Made by a program: the position numbers and the translations under genes
Assembly: GCA_964187785.1 (NCBI GenBank)
Contig: OZ076409.1
Span: forward strand, 91,080,001 to 91,144,000
Source: Amphiscolops sp. MND2022
Taxonomy: Eukaryota
Length of the DNA stretch: 64,000 nucleotides
Reading direction: 5' to 3'
The notes under the pieces: model-generated
What the model was told of the DNA's origin: nothing
The model's database searches: none
Seen by the model: the letters and a program-made list of their open reading frames with translations, nothing else
Shown: piece by piece, positions 26,301 through 44,200 of the stretch
Layout of the letters: every line of letters begins with the position of its first letter
Numbering within the stretch: the stretch's first letter is position 1

Positions 26301-28800
26301 GCAAGTCCCATGGGTAACCGCATCCATTTGTGAAGGCCCATAGGGGTGATGAAGGCGGGTGATGAAGATTCTGACTGTTCTCTTTCAGAGCCATTTGAAA
26401 ACATCCCGATGTCAAGTCAATGCTCGAGAAAAACATGTTCCCTTCAAAGGAATCAATCACGTCGTTGATTCTAGGTAGCGGCCAACATGTCTTCTCTATT
26501 TGTTTGTTGAGTCCACGGTAGTCTACGACAAGACGGTACGTTCCGTCGTTCTCTGGAAACAAAATACTGGGTGCTGCCCTGTCCGATTCAATTGGTGTTA
26601 TTAGATCAGCTTCCGCTAACCCTTCCACAATTTTTTCATGGTTTTGCGTCTGTCAAAACTCATGTTTCTTAACGCTCTATGAAATGGCTGAGAGTTTGGT
26701 TTGAGCTTGATTTGATGTTCTATTTGATTGTTAAAGCCTAAATCATTCGAGTTTTTAGAAAAACGTTTTCTCGTACTTTTGGCAGGGACATTTTACCGCG
26801 TCTAGCTGATCTCTTGTCAAATGAATACTGTTAATGTTTACGTGTTTTTCAAACTTGAAACGTTCAGTGAAAATTCCAGCTGATTTTTTTTGCTTGGTGT
26901 GGAAAAACTTGTTGCTCGAGTTCCGCTTCTTCCAAGTTCCCGACCCGGGTGTTTTTGTACGTTACAATATCCTCGTCGAAGAAATTTTAAAGTCGTACCC
27001 AAAAAATCCTTCCTTGTCTTTCAGCAGTTACTGTGCTACTCATAACCCTGTTGCCTCCTGGTATGATTCTATAGGATTTACTAATCCCTGGAAATTTTTT
27101 ATCCGTGATCATTGTTCATCCCGCACTTCACATTGGAGCAGTTTTTCCCTTCTTGAAGGTATAATTTGTGTTGAGTTGACAATTATAGGGGCTGTAGTGT
27201 AATGGTCAGCACGCCAGGTCGTGACTTGGAATAATAGGTTCGAATCCTTTCAGCTCTAAATCTTTGATTTAGTGTCTAGATAGTTTAGTGGGTTGCTAGA
27301 GTGGTAGAGCGGACAATTAAAAACATGGCACCGGTGTTTTGCATGCTTGACTTCAATTCCAATGTCTTCTTATTTCTCCCACAGAAAAGAAGTTTCCGTT
27401 TAATGTACAAATTACAATCGAGTTCTGTGAGAAAATCTAGTCCCAAAAGGTAATTGAAAATGTCCACTGACGACATCAGAAAACCAACCCGAAACTCGGG
27501 GGGGGGGGACTCTTCTAATTGCACAATCAGCTCTGCTTTTCCTTTCACTGTATGCTGTGTTTTATTTGTTTTTAAAACTTTTCCATTGTAGTTTTCCCTT
27601 TCTCCACTGAAACCCAGCTTTGGAAAGACTAACTGACTAATGAGACGCTTCTTCCACTGTCTACTAGTGCCTTCGTCATTTTCCCATGTATGAGGAATGT
27701 CATACACAAAGCTTGAGTTTTCTCTGTATTCTCGTTGGCTGTTACTCCCATTACGGTGATGTTACAGTGAGGCAATTGTGAGGCAATTTCCACATTAGCC
27801 TGTCTTAGTTTGAAAACGGAATATCTTTTTTTACAATGCTCTGAACTACCACACTGGAAACAATTTTTTGCAATCTCTCGCCCAGTGTCCATTATGCCCG
27901 CATATACAACATCCATCTCGAAATCCCACTTCTCGATCAGTATCTGGAACTCTCTTTCTCGAGAATGAGATCTTTCCTGTTTTCCCGAGGATCTTCCTGG
28001 AGTTGGGGTCCTGACTCCTCTGTTTCTATTCATCTCCCTAACTCTTTCCTTTTTTCCCCGATCCCCATAATCTCTGCTTGCATAACTATCCCTGGAGCTA
28101 CTTCCGAGATTCTTTTTCTCTTAAATTCCTTTGCGATTGTCATTTCGCGAATCCCGCGAGAGTGACAAGGACTCAACAAGTTGAATCACGGAACTAATCA
28201 GTCTCTCTGTGTTGTCAGGTTGTAGCACAGCAACTCTGGGTTCCTTTTTCCTCTTCCTCAGTTCTCGTGACAACTTCAAGATGCACCGCTTTCGCTAGTA
28301 CCCTCTCAATAGTCAGTTCCGCGTCAACTAGAATTTTTCTCAAATCAAGTCTAACTTGACTATTGTGGCTCCCTTCCAAACAACCACGCACAACTAGGTG
28401 GTCCCATTCGACTACCCTGGTTATGCTTTCATAGCTAAACCTTGCAAATCCCCCAAAACATCATTTTGTTTTTCTCCGGGGTGCTTTATTCGTCTGGCAA
28501 GCCGTCCCCAGAACACCACAGGTTTCTCAGTGTAATGAGTTCTGAAAGCCTTCACAGTATCATCATAGCTACCTTGATGGACGTCTGTTAACGTACGTTA
28601 GAAATCAATTGCTGATTTTTGGAGACGAAGTGCAAAATGATGCGGAGTTCATCTATTTCAACTACGTTGCCTTCCGGCGTCTCTGTTCGTCTCCATTTTT
28701 GGAGATGAGACAACAGTTCGAAATGAGTTATGTAGCTTTCAATGTCTTTAGAGCCAGTGAAAGGTTCCGGTAATAACATCTTGGAAAAACTCGTAATCAT
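23400..28800 (-). mobile_element. Ty3/Gypsy LTR retrotransposon internal region, decayed
   Basis: Minus-strand order gag (PEPFTGSKDIESY), knuckle (CFQCGSSEH), protease (ALVDSG), RT (YRLVVDYRGLN, FSSIDLTSG), RNase H (TDASLTGIGAIL, YSATKKEL), integrase (DHFSKWYEA, VHYDRLK). LTRs not identified. Confidence 0.92.
27186..27306 (+). mobile_element. tRNA-derived SINE-like insertion in Gypsy pol
   Basis: Cloverleaf-like head GGGGCTG...TAGTGTAATGGT...GGTTCGAATCC...CAGCTCT with a 6-nt anticodon loop. 13-bp TSD GAGttGACAATTA / GAGcgGACAATTA (27173-27185, 27307-27319). Removing it rejoins the pol frame (GAMFLIVNSTQ). Confidence 0.8.
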
Positions 28801-29370
28801 TGCTCTGCTATCAACCCGACGCTTTAGATAATTTGTTGTGTTACTTTGTTTTCAGTTTTTTGCCTCCAACTAGCTTCACGAAAGTGACCCCTCAACAAGA
28901 GCGAGCTGCTTTTTATGAAATCAATGAAACTCACTGATTTCTTTTTTGAGATAGAATTTTATTCAACTTTGTTATCAGTTCAAACTTTGTTATTATTTTA
29001 TTTGCTCACCCAGTTTGTAGTTTCACTTTGCGTGACTGGCACTGTGTAGTCGTATCTTAGCACTGGTGCTCGCTCACTGAATAACTATTTGTAATAAACT
29101 GAAGAGTGAGATAAGGTTTTCGTCAAGTATTGGAATTGTTTTTATTCTTTCTATTCCAATAATTCTGTTGCTCTTATTTCGTGACATCTGATTGTGGCCG
29201 GTCTCAACAATTGGTGGCGTTACTAATTGTAGTTTAATTTGAGTGGTTGTTTTTCGGTATCGTTTTTGTAAGAGTTTAACTAAAATACTTTTGAGAAAGA
29301 TATGAATACCAAATTTTCTACAATCTTTCGTCGACTCTGGGATTTACGGTAATTCCCCTACGTAGAGTCC

Positions 29371-29899
29371 AACAAGACGGGAACGTCTAAAGTCGGCGCT
29401 ATATCTAAGGCTCAAAAAGCGCAAAAAAAATTTTGAAAAAAACTTGAAATTTTTGATTTTTTTTAGAAAATGACGCATAGTGCCAAAAAATGTAAAAGGG
29501 GGACCCTTTGGGCTTTATTAACATATATTCTGTTGCAAAATATCAAAAAACGATCGAAATATCAACAAAACGATCAAAAAATATCAATCGAAAGGGGGAC
29601 TCTTTTGATACAATAAAAACTTTATGGAAAAAGTCGCACATTGCCAAAAAAATCAAAAGGGGGGACCCTTTAGTCTCCTCCGGTTTTGTAGGCTACGGTA
29701 AAATAGTAAAATATGAAGGGAGGCCCTTTTGCACTAAGTTCCGCTGATCGGACTTGGCCTTATGGTAGTAGTTTTAGTAGTTTCGATTGTAAGAAAAGTG
29801 GCCCAATCAGAGTGAGATTGTAGTCTGACAAAAAAAAAGAAAAAAAACAAGCCACTGTAAGTGTCGGGCACTTTTCACTAGAAAAGCGCTGACTAAAAA
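29371..29899 (-). mobile_element. Helentron-like non-autonomous element
   Basis: Reverse-complement termini of the family at 47648-48266 (AACAAGACG...AGTCGGCGC ... GCGCTGACTAAAAA). Confidence 0.75.
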
Positions 29900-30883
29900 C
29901 TACCAACTTTTTTGTCTGGATCGTAGTCTCGGGTCTGGCACTATTTGGAATGCCTAAGTCGTTGAAGAGTGATTTTGAAGAGAGCAAAGAACTTTGGCGA
30001 AAAAATTACCAGTTGATGACCTTTGAGATTTTGCGATTTATGGGTTTCAGAACCCTTGTCGCCACTGTAACGTTCTCAGTATAAAAACGTAGAGATGAGA
30101 AGTGTTAAATTAATATTTTGAAGATGTTTATTCGAAATTGTGAAAGTATTCAGTGTGAGATATAGTTCTGTGAATTTGACAAAAGGCAAAAAGCAGAGGG
30201 AAATCTCAAATCGCTTATGTACCTTTTATCTTTGTCAGTTTGGCGAAGCCCGCCGTTTTCCGAAAGTTTTTTTTTGTTTTCCCAATGCGATTCGTCGAAA
30301 CCTGACAGTTGCCTTATTACTATGGCTATTTTACTGTCGAACCCCGACAGTCGGTTAACCTTAGATTGTTGGTCGCTTCTCACGTCATGCTACTCTCAGT
30401 TCTCTCATAAAGCAGACGTTGGGATCTCTCGACTTGCCTTCAATGCTCGAACCGCGTGGACTGTACCGAACTGATGGCAAACGCCCAGACGGTGTCACCA
30501 TGATTCCTTGGAAAATAGGTAAACAGCTGGTGTGGGATGTCACGGTTGTGGATGCTCTTGCACCCAGTCGCCTGAATCAAGGCTCTTTATGCAACCCGGG
30601 AACCACCGCCACCGAGGCTGAAGCGCGTAAAATCGAGAAGTATCGCGAATTATTGAACAATGGATACCATTTTCAGCCGGTGGCCTTGGAAGTACAGGGT
30701 TCTTTAGGCGAGAGCAGTGAAATTTTCATCACGCGTCTCTGTAAAATGCTCTGTCGTTCGCACGACGATCAACGAGCTGGCAGCTTTTTGAAGCAACAGA
30801 TTTCAATAGCTCTTCAGATCGGCAATTTGGCCTGTGTTCTAGGAACTGTGAGCGACAGAGATGCTTTCGAAGGAATTTTTTAC

Positions 30884-31231
30884 GGGTGGCTGTAAATAGG
30901 TCAAATTTTTCTGGTCGAAAGGACAGAGGTCGAACCTTTTGATCGAATTGCAGGGGTCGAATGGAATGCGGTCGAATTTTATCGTATTTGTTGTATGGCT
31001 CGGTCGCTTCGCTCCTTTCGCCAAGTTGCAACATTGAGGCATGGCCATATGGCACGTCGCTCCGCTTCGCTTCGCTCCTGCATTCAGGGCACTAGGGGTA
31101 TGTGAACATATCTGACTACGTTATAAAAATTTCGATCCGATTTGTTTCGATCCCATTCAAAATTTCAGGTGTCGACCTGAGGACTAACTCTGATTTTCGA
31201 TCCCGTTCCTTCGACCTATTTCCGCCCACCC
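30884..31231. mobile_element. MULE-like MITE C, copy 2 (inverted)
   Basis: Reverse complement of 506-855; 9-bp TSD ATTTTTTAC / ATTTATTAC (one mismatch) at 30875-30883 and 31232-31240. Confidence 0.85.
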
Positions 31232-31418
31232 ATTTATTACATATAGCCTAACTTTTTTGACCTTTATATCATAGCAGTTTTCAAAAAAAATTCTACCGGT
31301 CGACTGCATAGTGGCTGGTTCGACTAGTCTGTTGGTTGTTTTTTTTGTTACTGGTCTACTGGTATAGTGGCTGGTATGGGGTCCCCTACTTTCGTTGCAG
31401 ACCACGGGTGTGTGTCTT

Positions 31419-31966
31419 GGAGTGTACGCCTTTGATCTAATTGAATGGGTCTAATGGAATTAGATCTAACTGTTAGGTCTAACTTTCAGGTCTAATTTTA
31501 TCTAAAATACTTAGGTCCAACCCCTTGTGATCTAATATGTGTTCTGAAAGCAAAAATAGAATATGGGGCTTATGCGATGTATGCACGCTCGCTCTCACCG
31601 TCGCAAAGACCAGCTCCCACTACGATCGCTTCGCGATCTCCGTTCCCGCTAGGTCTTTGCTCCTGTTCGACCTCGCTTAGCAAGATGGGAATACTACTAC
31701 TACTACTACTATAATATAATATAAGAATATAAGCGGCCCCAAGGGGCCGCGGGGTACTAGAGAAAATGGGGACATATCCGAGAATTTACGTGGAATCAGG
31801 TCTAGTGAAGTAGATCTAAGAGAGGGGGCAATACTTTCTCGCCACTTTCTGTTATTTTTGCTCGCAAATTAGATCAAATTAGAAGAGATTTTTAGACCTG
31901 ATTATTTAGATCTCAGTTTTGCCCCCTCTCTTAGATCTATTTCATTAGACCTGATTCCACGTAGCC
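31419..31966. mobile_element. Non-autonomous DNA element A, copy 2 (contains repeat B)
   Basis: Ends GGAGTGTACG...CCACGTAGCC with an exact 8-bp TSD TGTGTCTT (31411-31418, 31967-31974). The empty site is in the paralogous CRE tail at ~21939-21946. Confidence 0.85.
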
Positions 31967-32199
31967 TGTGTCTTCTCCCCCCAACATGATGATACACATG
32001 GAACTTGCATGATGACGAAGATCCATGATATCTGATAGAGAAAAAACCTAAGATTGTCGAACCCCGACAACCCTTCTTTTGATGTGTCTGATAACAATAT
32101 TTTGTTTCTCATCGTAAATCTGACTGAACGTTTGACGTTTAATCAGTTTTAATTTTTTCCAAAATTCCTTATATAGGTTTTCTATAATTTTGAACTTTC

Positions 32200-32209
32200 A
32201 GCCAATCAG
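32200..32209 (+). promoter_or_regulatory. CCAAT box (NF-Y consensus) upstream of DHX15
   Basis: AGCCAATCAG about 170 bp upstream of the ATG; motif match only. Confidence 0.4.
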
Positions 32210-32370
32210 ATTGCAGCATAAACAAATACTATGTATGGGACCGAATTTTCGTTTTCTGCTGTACGAGACTTCTGCTGTGTGGGAATTCCCCTATTCAACA
32301 AGCCATAGCAACAATTATGCTACATGCCCTGTTTATGTACAAAGAAAACCTTGACATTTCAGAATTGAGG

Positions 32371-37136
<4,766 letters not shown>

Positions 37137-37652
37137 AAGAGTATTTATGAACTGCAAATTGCTGTCGTCTGTTCGAAAGATGTTGATTCTAGAAGACGAG
37201 AACTGTTCATTAGCACTTCTAGAATATTATTGTAGCTGTGACTTTGTTCAAGTTCAATGACGAACTATCCCCCTTACGTTCAATGCAAATGATTACATGC
37301 AAGGTTCTATGTTCATTAGCTCAAAGTCGTTGTTCATTCAAATCTTATCATCAATATAACTTCAAGACCTCGAAAGTTTGAAAAAATCCTTACGGAGTAG
37401 TTGTACCCTCGGCAGTATCATAGCTTCAAGAGCTCCATTTTAAACATTGTTAGGAGAATCATGTCTTCGGAAAAATGTTTCGACGTGATTTTATCGCTGA
37501 CTTGTATAGTATATCTTCTGTAGAATTTTTGATTGGTAGTCCGTTAAGATGTCTTGTGTTCGAATCTTGCCTATCTCTGACTTTTTAAGAACTTCAAACC
37601 TGATCTAAATAGCCGTACTTTCTTTCTAACTTCAAGTACTTCTCTCATTCTA

Positions 37653-38092
37653 TTTAGTCGGCGCTTCATGAAGTGAAACGCGACTATTATAGTGACTTTT
37701 TTCAATCCACACGAACTGACCAAAATAGTTCTTAAAAGTTCTACGAAATTTTATGGTCCCGAATTGAATCATTTGGCCTAGCGAACTGAACCAAAAAGGT
37801 TTTTCCGCGTATCATACAATACCGGGAGAAACGAAAGGGTCCCCCTTTCAATTTTTTCGCCAAAGGGTCCCCCTTCAACTTTTTGATGTTTTGCAACAAT
37901 GGATGTTAAAAAATGCCAAAGGGTTCCCCTTCAACGCGACGTGGGCCCGCTAGCTGGCCCCCGGCGCGCCAATTCTGTCCAACTTTTTGGGTTTTTCAGG
38001 TATTGTAGAAGAGAATACTTTGACACTTTGAAGTCCTTTAGCTATTTTTGACCTTTAGGTATGGAGCCGACTTATGCTGTTCCCGGCTTGTT
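37653..38092 (+). mobile_element. Helentron-like non-autonomous element
   Basis: TTTAGTCGGCGCTTCA..TGAAACGCGACTA hairpin start and GCCGACTT...CCCGGCTTGTT end. Confidence 0.7.
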
Positions 38093-38670
38093 GAATTTCA
38101 AACAGCTTTTTCGCAACTTTTGACGTTAGATCATACAAGCCACATGCAGTTTCTTGGAAACTTTTACATATAAGCACCGTCTTCTATTTGCAACCTCTTC
38201 GGATATACACTGATCAAGCGAATGTGTTAAAGAACTATCTAGAAACGGTTAAAAACGCGCAGTTTTAATTACCGCATTTAAAATTGAGTATTCAACAAAA
38301 TCAATCTTGGATTTTCAGTATTTAATATTTCTGCGTAAGCTGGAATGTTATTGTTACGAGGAGGACTACCAATTTTTCAACCGATCGGCTCTTTCTAAAA
38401 ATTGCATTCTTAGAAGCTACACGAGATGGACCGACAGTAATTAATAAATAGGTCGCTGGGAGTTTTTGCTGAAGTGAAAACAAGTTAATTTTACCTTGCA
38501 TGTTACATTGTTTTTTGTTCAATTGTATTGGAATATTGTCCTTCATTCAAGTTAATTGGATATTTTCTGTGAAACTTATTAGGCTTGAATTTTTGAAATT
38601 CAAAATTAGGGATTCTTTTGAGCAAAATTAAAAGATGCGTGTGCATAAAGTATGTTAGATTCATTGATAT

Positions 38671-38911
38671 TAGAGCCTCTGGACCAGTTAAGATTTTCGC
38701 TTAATCGATTAATCAAAATAGGTTCTATGATTAATCAAACGTGCTGAAAATTCGTTGCGAAGCAGCACTGGTAACAAGTATTTGTAATTCATATGTAGGA
38801 CTGTAGACAACTAATAAGAAAACTGGATGTCAGTAGCTTTTTTCTTCGTTTTATCCAACCGAATTAAAATAAGCTAATTATTAATTAATCGGTTATCTGG
38901 TCCAGGTTTCA
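38671..38911. mobile_element. Degenerate hAT-like MITE
   Basis: Imperfect TIRs TAGAGCCTCTGGACCAG / CTGGTCCAGGTTTCA; flanks ATTGATAT / ATTGTTTT could be an 8-bp TSD with 2 mismatches. Confidence 0.45.
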
Positions 38912-41238
38912 ATTGTTTTTGGTATTTTTTTAAGTTTCAGAAAAAATGAGTCCCGTAGGAGCCTATTTTTGGTTTGTTTTAATGCAAACTTTCGTGTCGC
39001 AAACCACAAGCCATTCAACCTGCTTCTATTCAAATACCCAGTTGAGTTTCTCGAGAAAAAGGTTTTCACTATTAGGTTTGCAATTTGTAGCTTATGTTAG
39101 CGAAACAGCTCTTCACCTATAGAATATTTTCAGAAAATTTAGTACGTCTTACGTTGTTGTGTGTCCTAGCGGTGTTAGAAAATAATTTAGATTCAAAAAT
39201 ACTGCGCATCCTGCGAACCAACTTGGTACTTTTTGAATTTGACGAACTTTGCCTATGTATTGAATGACCTATCGGTGATCTAGATCTTTCATTGCTTTTT
39301 ACTACTGAGCTCAAATATATTCTAGTCAAGTTTAATTATCGATACGTTCTTGGCATTTTATTACTAGAATGGACAGTTTTGTTATTTGAAACAGTGAATT
39401 TGGTTTTACCGAAAACGCGCTTATCACTTGTTGCGCTTGTGACTGGCCCCCTAACGCTTAAGCGGCGCTTTTTGGAACAAAAAGTTGATCAAGCGAATTT
39501 AAGTTTTCAAAAGCTACAATTTCTTGACAACTTTTCGAACTTTTGAAAACTTTGATTGGTTACTCCCTTTTGTCAACAAACTACCACTACAAGAGACAAA
39601 TCTTTCGACTGTACTCGGCGTTGGTTGAAACGCCAAGTACAAAAAATTTGCCACTGTAACAGTTTGGCAGTTTTTGTTACCAAAATAGCTAAATTTGCCC
39701 TTTGGCTTACCGACCTAATTCGCTGATTTGGAAGCATCTCAATAGCCTTCATTGCAATTTTCTTTAGTGTCTTGTGCAAATCGAATAATTCAGTATATTA
39801 TGGCTTCCTCACTAAGAAATCATTTTAGACTTCTATGATTGTAATCGCGTTTTCACAGAGACGTAACAACTAAGAGGCCGTTCAAAATTTATTGATTACA
39901 TGAAAAAATTTTGTTCGACTATGCAATGTCTGTTTATCGTTGATAATCTATTCTTGGACGTTTTCAGATGTTATGCATAATACATGCACCATTGGAAGAA
40001 GTGCATTGAATCTTTTTGTTGCCTGTCATAATTTGCGGTGGGGGCCCCGGAGAGACGACACATACCTAGCTCAATAATCATAATTGCGGCTTGAACCAAT
40101 CAACCATCGCAACAAAGCTTTATCAAAACTCTATCGGCACTTTTTCTCCAAGCTCTAAAGAGATCGAAAAGGAGTTGAATAGCAGCAGCTCTGTACAAGT
40201 ATTCTCACTAGTCGCCGACGCTACTGTGTGGCGGGCGAAGACATCAAAAGCAGCAGCAGCAGCAGTTATGATGAATGGTTGTTCAAATTGAGAACAGCAG
40301 CAAACCCCCGCCGCCTCTTGTTTTGACAAGTTCTTCATCGGGCTCTGTCGTGGACGGTTGGCTCCTCGGCTGTGTCGCGCGTTTGTTTGCCTTGCTCAAT
40401 TGTCCAGTTAGTCAAGCATGTAATTTCAAATATTACCCTAAGTTATTGGATGATGAATCTTATCGAGACTAAAGCTAATCGAGTGAATATTTCGCATTGT
40501 TATCTCCAAACATGATGCTTTTGTTGTTGAATGATTGAGAATAGCGTTATCGGCTCTCAATTTGCGGAGGAATTCAACTGAAACGAGATTCTACAACATT
40601 CCACTTGCACTGGACTAAATTCCAAAAGTAGTATTGCAGTTATCAATATTGATACAATTATTAAAATCCTAAAATTCGTCGATTCGTCTTATACCCATGG
40701 CGTTAAAAACTCCGCAAATACTGAAAAAGCTCTCGAGGTGAGGAAGTTGTTGAAGTTTTTTTGGGAAATTGGGATTTCACTCATTCCTTTCAATTTTGTT
40801 TTGAAAAGTTCATTTGTCATTTAACTTCGGTTTTTCCTTCTGTGAAATTACAACAAACGGTTTGGTTTGTTACAACATCCGGTCAAAGGATGCCGAAAAA
40901 TTTTCCCTAAGGTAAAGTGCTTCCCTAAATTATTTTAAATCCAAATTGGAGCACAACCAGTGTCCAATACATACAACAGTTGAACCTGTCGAAATTTTTG
41001 AAATTCAAAATGAAAAATTAGATTAAAAGTTTTTTATTTAAATTTTCCTTGAATTTAGTGTGATCAGCGCCTTAAGAAAATTTTTGGATTGTTTTTCCTG
41101 TATCCCGCTTCTGCCAAAGCGAAGCCAATTCAATCAAAGAGCATCATTTCTATATGCAGTGAAAGTATCCCATTTTCGAGATGAATTTTTAGGGAAGATT
41201 ATGAACATTTTTGAAAACTTTAGTGAGTGGTGTTTCAG

Positions 41239-44200
41239 TGTTTGAGCAAAGTGCATCTTTAGTGCATGGTGCTGATAGTGTGAACATCCGTTATTGGATA
41301 CTGAATGACGAGTCAGGACTGCTCATCTTGTGGGGCCTCCTTCTAATCACCGTTTTGTCTCTCATCACCATCGTCATGATATCTCTGCTCTGTGCAAGTG
41401 CTGCCACTGCTGCGAGCAAGTTAGTCCGTTGCTACCCCCACCAGTTGCCTTCACTACCATAAATACTAGGTGAACCAAAAACGGAACTCACGAAAATCTT
41501 CAAAATCGTATTATTTGTAAGCAAGACACTACTAGGTGAACCAAAAAACTGAACGCAAAAAAATTCCTTTCAAAGTTTCAAATAATTGTCAGCAAACTTT
41601 TCAGAACAACTTTGAATGCTGAAATTTCAATCGTTCAATTTGACATTTTTTTCACGCATTTGAGTGTCAATGAACTTTCACACATCGGAAGTGCGAACAA
41701 AATGACTGGTGAAGATGTCTAGACTTTCTCTCACAAGGTTCAAAACATGCTTAATTAAAGATGAGATTACGCAATTAAAGCTTCATTTTGAATGCTTGAC
41801 GCGAGAAGTGAAAGCGCCTTGTTTACAAATATTACGATTTTGAAGAGTGAAATTTCTACGCGTACCGGTTTTTTGGTTCATCTAGTACAATCCTTCCAAT
41901 TTTCCTGTCAATCATTTAGCATGAAGCTCTTGTTACATAATCTTATCTTCAACTAAGGATCGTTCGACCGATCACTTTTTAGACCTATTTACCAGTCATC
42001 ACGTTTCTCCCCTTTGATGTGTGGAAATTCTTTTGTTGCAAAAGTTGCCAAGTTGAATAATGGACAGCAGCGTTCAAAGTTGTTGTGAAACGTTTGTTGA
42101 CAAATACTTGAAACTTTGAAGGCTGGAATATGCGTTTATGCGTCAGGTTTTTTTGGTTCATGTAACAAATTTTCAAAGTATAAATGTTCAACTGAAGACA
42201 AAAGCGTAGCTGACAACGCGAAAAAGCTTTCGTTCAAATTGATCTTTAGTTGGCGCTTTATAAAATAAAACGCGACTATTGTAGTGAATTTTCGTCGTGT
42301 TTTTTTTTCAACCCAGTCGCAGTGATCATAAAAACTCTACTAAATTGATTGAAAGGGTCTACCCATTCAGATTTTGTCATGTGTTTTTAGTATAGGAAAT
42401 GAGTCCCCCTTAGATTTTTTTTCGGCAATGTTCACCACTTAGGCTGCTCCCGGCTTGTTCTGTATGATTATTTCTGGCACCTCGAAAATCTAAAGTGCCT
42501 AAAAAAGTTGGACACAATTGTATCACTTACTTAATATGAGAGTTGTTTTGTTTCAGAGTAGAGAGCGGAAACAGTGACATCTACTCTAACGGGTACGAGA
42601 AAGTGAAGAAAGGACTTTGCAGGCGACTAAAGCTGCACGCTCTATCCTCGTGCGTGTCGAAGAAGAGAAAAAGCAAATGCAGGTCAGAGGTTGCGGGTGC
42701 CAAAACTACCTCTGGCTATGGCTACCGGACCACATCCCCTCTGCAGGTGGCCATTGTCGATAACTCTGTGGCGCCCTTCTTTGTAGTGCCCGAAAATTCG
42801 ATAACACGTGATTCGGATATTTCTCACATAGCCCCTCTTGGCAGCAACAAGAAGGGAGGAAGCAAATTGAGTCCCGCCAAGTTTGTGGGCAGGGGAGCCA
42901 CCGTTGCCCCTGGGTCTTTACTTCATTGTGGAAGATCTGGCAATGCAAGCTCCGAACACCTCTACAGTGATGCTCTCTATAACGTGAGTCATCATCATAT
43001 TTTCAATCATATTTTTCGAAGTTTTTCTATTTTGTGATTGTTAAAAATCATCGCGATCTAAATTCTCAGTATCAGTATGTCTGTTTTAAATTTTTCTTCG
43101 TAAGCTGGAATATTAATGTAACGCCGCGAACTCATTTTCACTGAATATTATTACCCCTTGTTTTCTCCTAGCTGTAGGCAAGCTGAATTTTGTTGACAAT
43201 ACGCGACCGTGTGTTGACTCGAGTTTACTAAGAGCTTTCGAAGAAGTAAATTCAAAATTCATTTACCTCAGCATTATCTTGTTTGCAGAATTTTTCTCAA
43301 TGCTAGTAACAACTCATATCCTCATTTGGATTTTTTCTTTCACTTGTTAGACTTGTGTTCTTGGAAAATTCGAAAATTAAGATTGTTTTGAGCATTCCAC
43401 TTAGAATTATAAAATTTCTTCAGAAAATAGATTTTATCCCAAAACAAAACGTAGAAATGATATACTTCATTTTTTATATGTTGTTGCAAAAATATTGAGC
43501 CCCAGGGGTCGTTTTTAAACCTTCGTTTCAACAACTGAGCTAATGTTTTGGCGACTTTTGGAATTTACCTCAAACTTTCCCCTTCCCAAACATAACTAGT
43601 TTAATTGCTCCGATTCGTCTTGAAATCCAAGAAAATTGTTGCAGGAAATAGCTGATCATGACACTGAGTTAGACGAAGGCACTGTGGCTACTGAGAAACG
43701 GAACCACGAGGACGTAGTTTCAACGAAACATTCAGGGGGGCAAAGTGTGACTATTAATCCTACGGCGACAATGAGACACTTACAGGCACATGTGTACGAC
43801 ACCCCAGATTTCGAGAAAAAGTTTTCAACCACTAATAGCAGAGACGGGTTAGTAGTAAACAGTTCTATAATATATCCAAGCCGAAACATTTTATTAGTAA
43901 CAACTAGACAGGAACGTCTCGGATCGATCCCTGGCTTAAGGCTCTAATAGACCAAAGTATCTGTTATGATCTGGCGGTTTTTGATAAAATTCTGCTAATT
44001 GTAACGTGCCGAGAAGCTTCAAAGGGCAAGAAAAATTTTTGATGCCTGAGAATTTTTGGAAAACCATAGGAGGACTTGATGAAATCAATTTTCGCACGGT
44101 GCCGAAAAATCACCTAGAGGACCCTTTGCTGTCGTGGTTTTTAGTTCAAGCTCATGGCTCATGCAATGTGAGTATTGTCATCTGGCTATGAAAACCTGGC

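Larger units (their letters stand above)
30370..32044 (+). mobile_element. 5'-truncated CRE-clade retrotransposon (RLE domain plus 3' tail) with nested insertions
   Basis: ORF 30419-30883 has DGKRPDGVTMIPW...WDVTVVD...KIEKY...PVALE (restriction-like endonuclease). Candidate TSD AACCTtAGATTGT / AACCTaAGATTGT (30357-30369, 32045-32057). Confidence 0.85.

Noticed and set aside
27188..27258. Functional tRNA gene
   Set aside because: It has a six-nt anticodon loop, is flanked by a TSD and interrupts a retrotransposon, so a SINE head fits better.
29000..29340. Gypsy 5' LTR and primer-binding site
   Set aside because: No matching second LTR was found near 22-23 kb and the PBS-like motifs are ambiguous.
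170..31966. Apparent giant ~32-kb element bounded by long inverted repeats (170-1027 versus 30884-31966)
   Set aside because: Each repeat has its own local TSD and the module order differs, so these are independent insertions of small elements in opposite orientation.
32317..32370. Upstream ATG extension of DHX15
   Set aside because: A strong TTTCAG acceptor at 32362 suggests this stretch is intron or outron, so ATG 32371 is preferred. Not proven.
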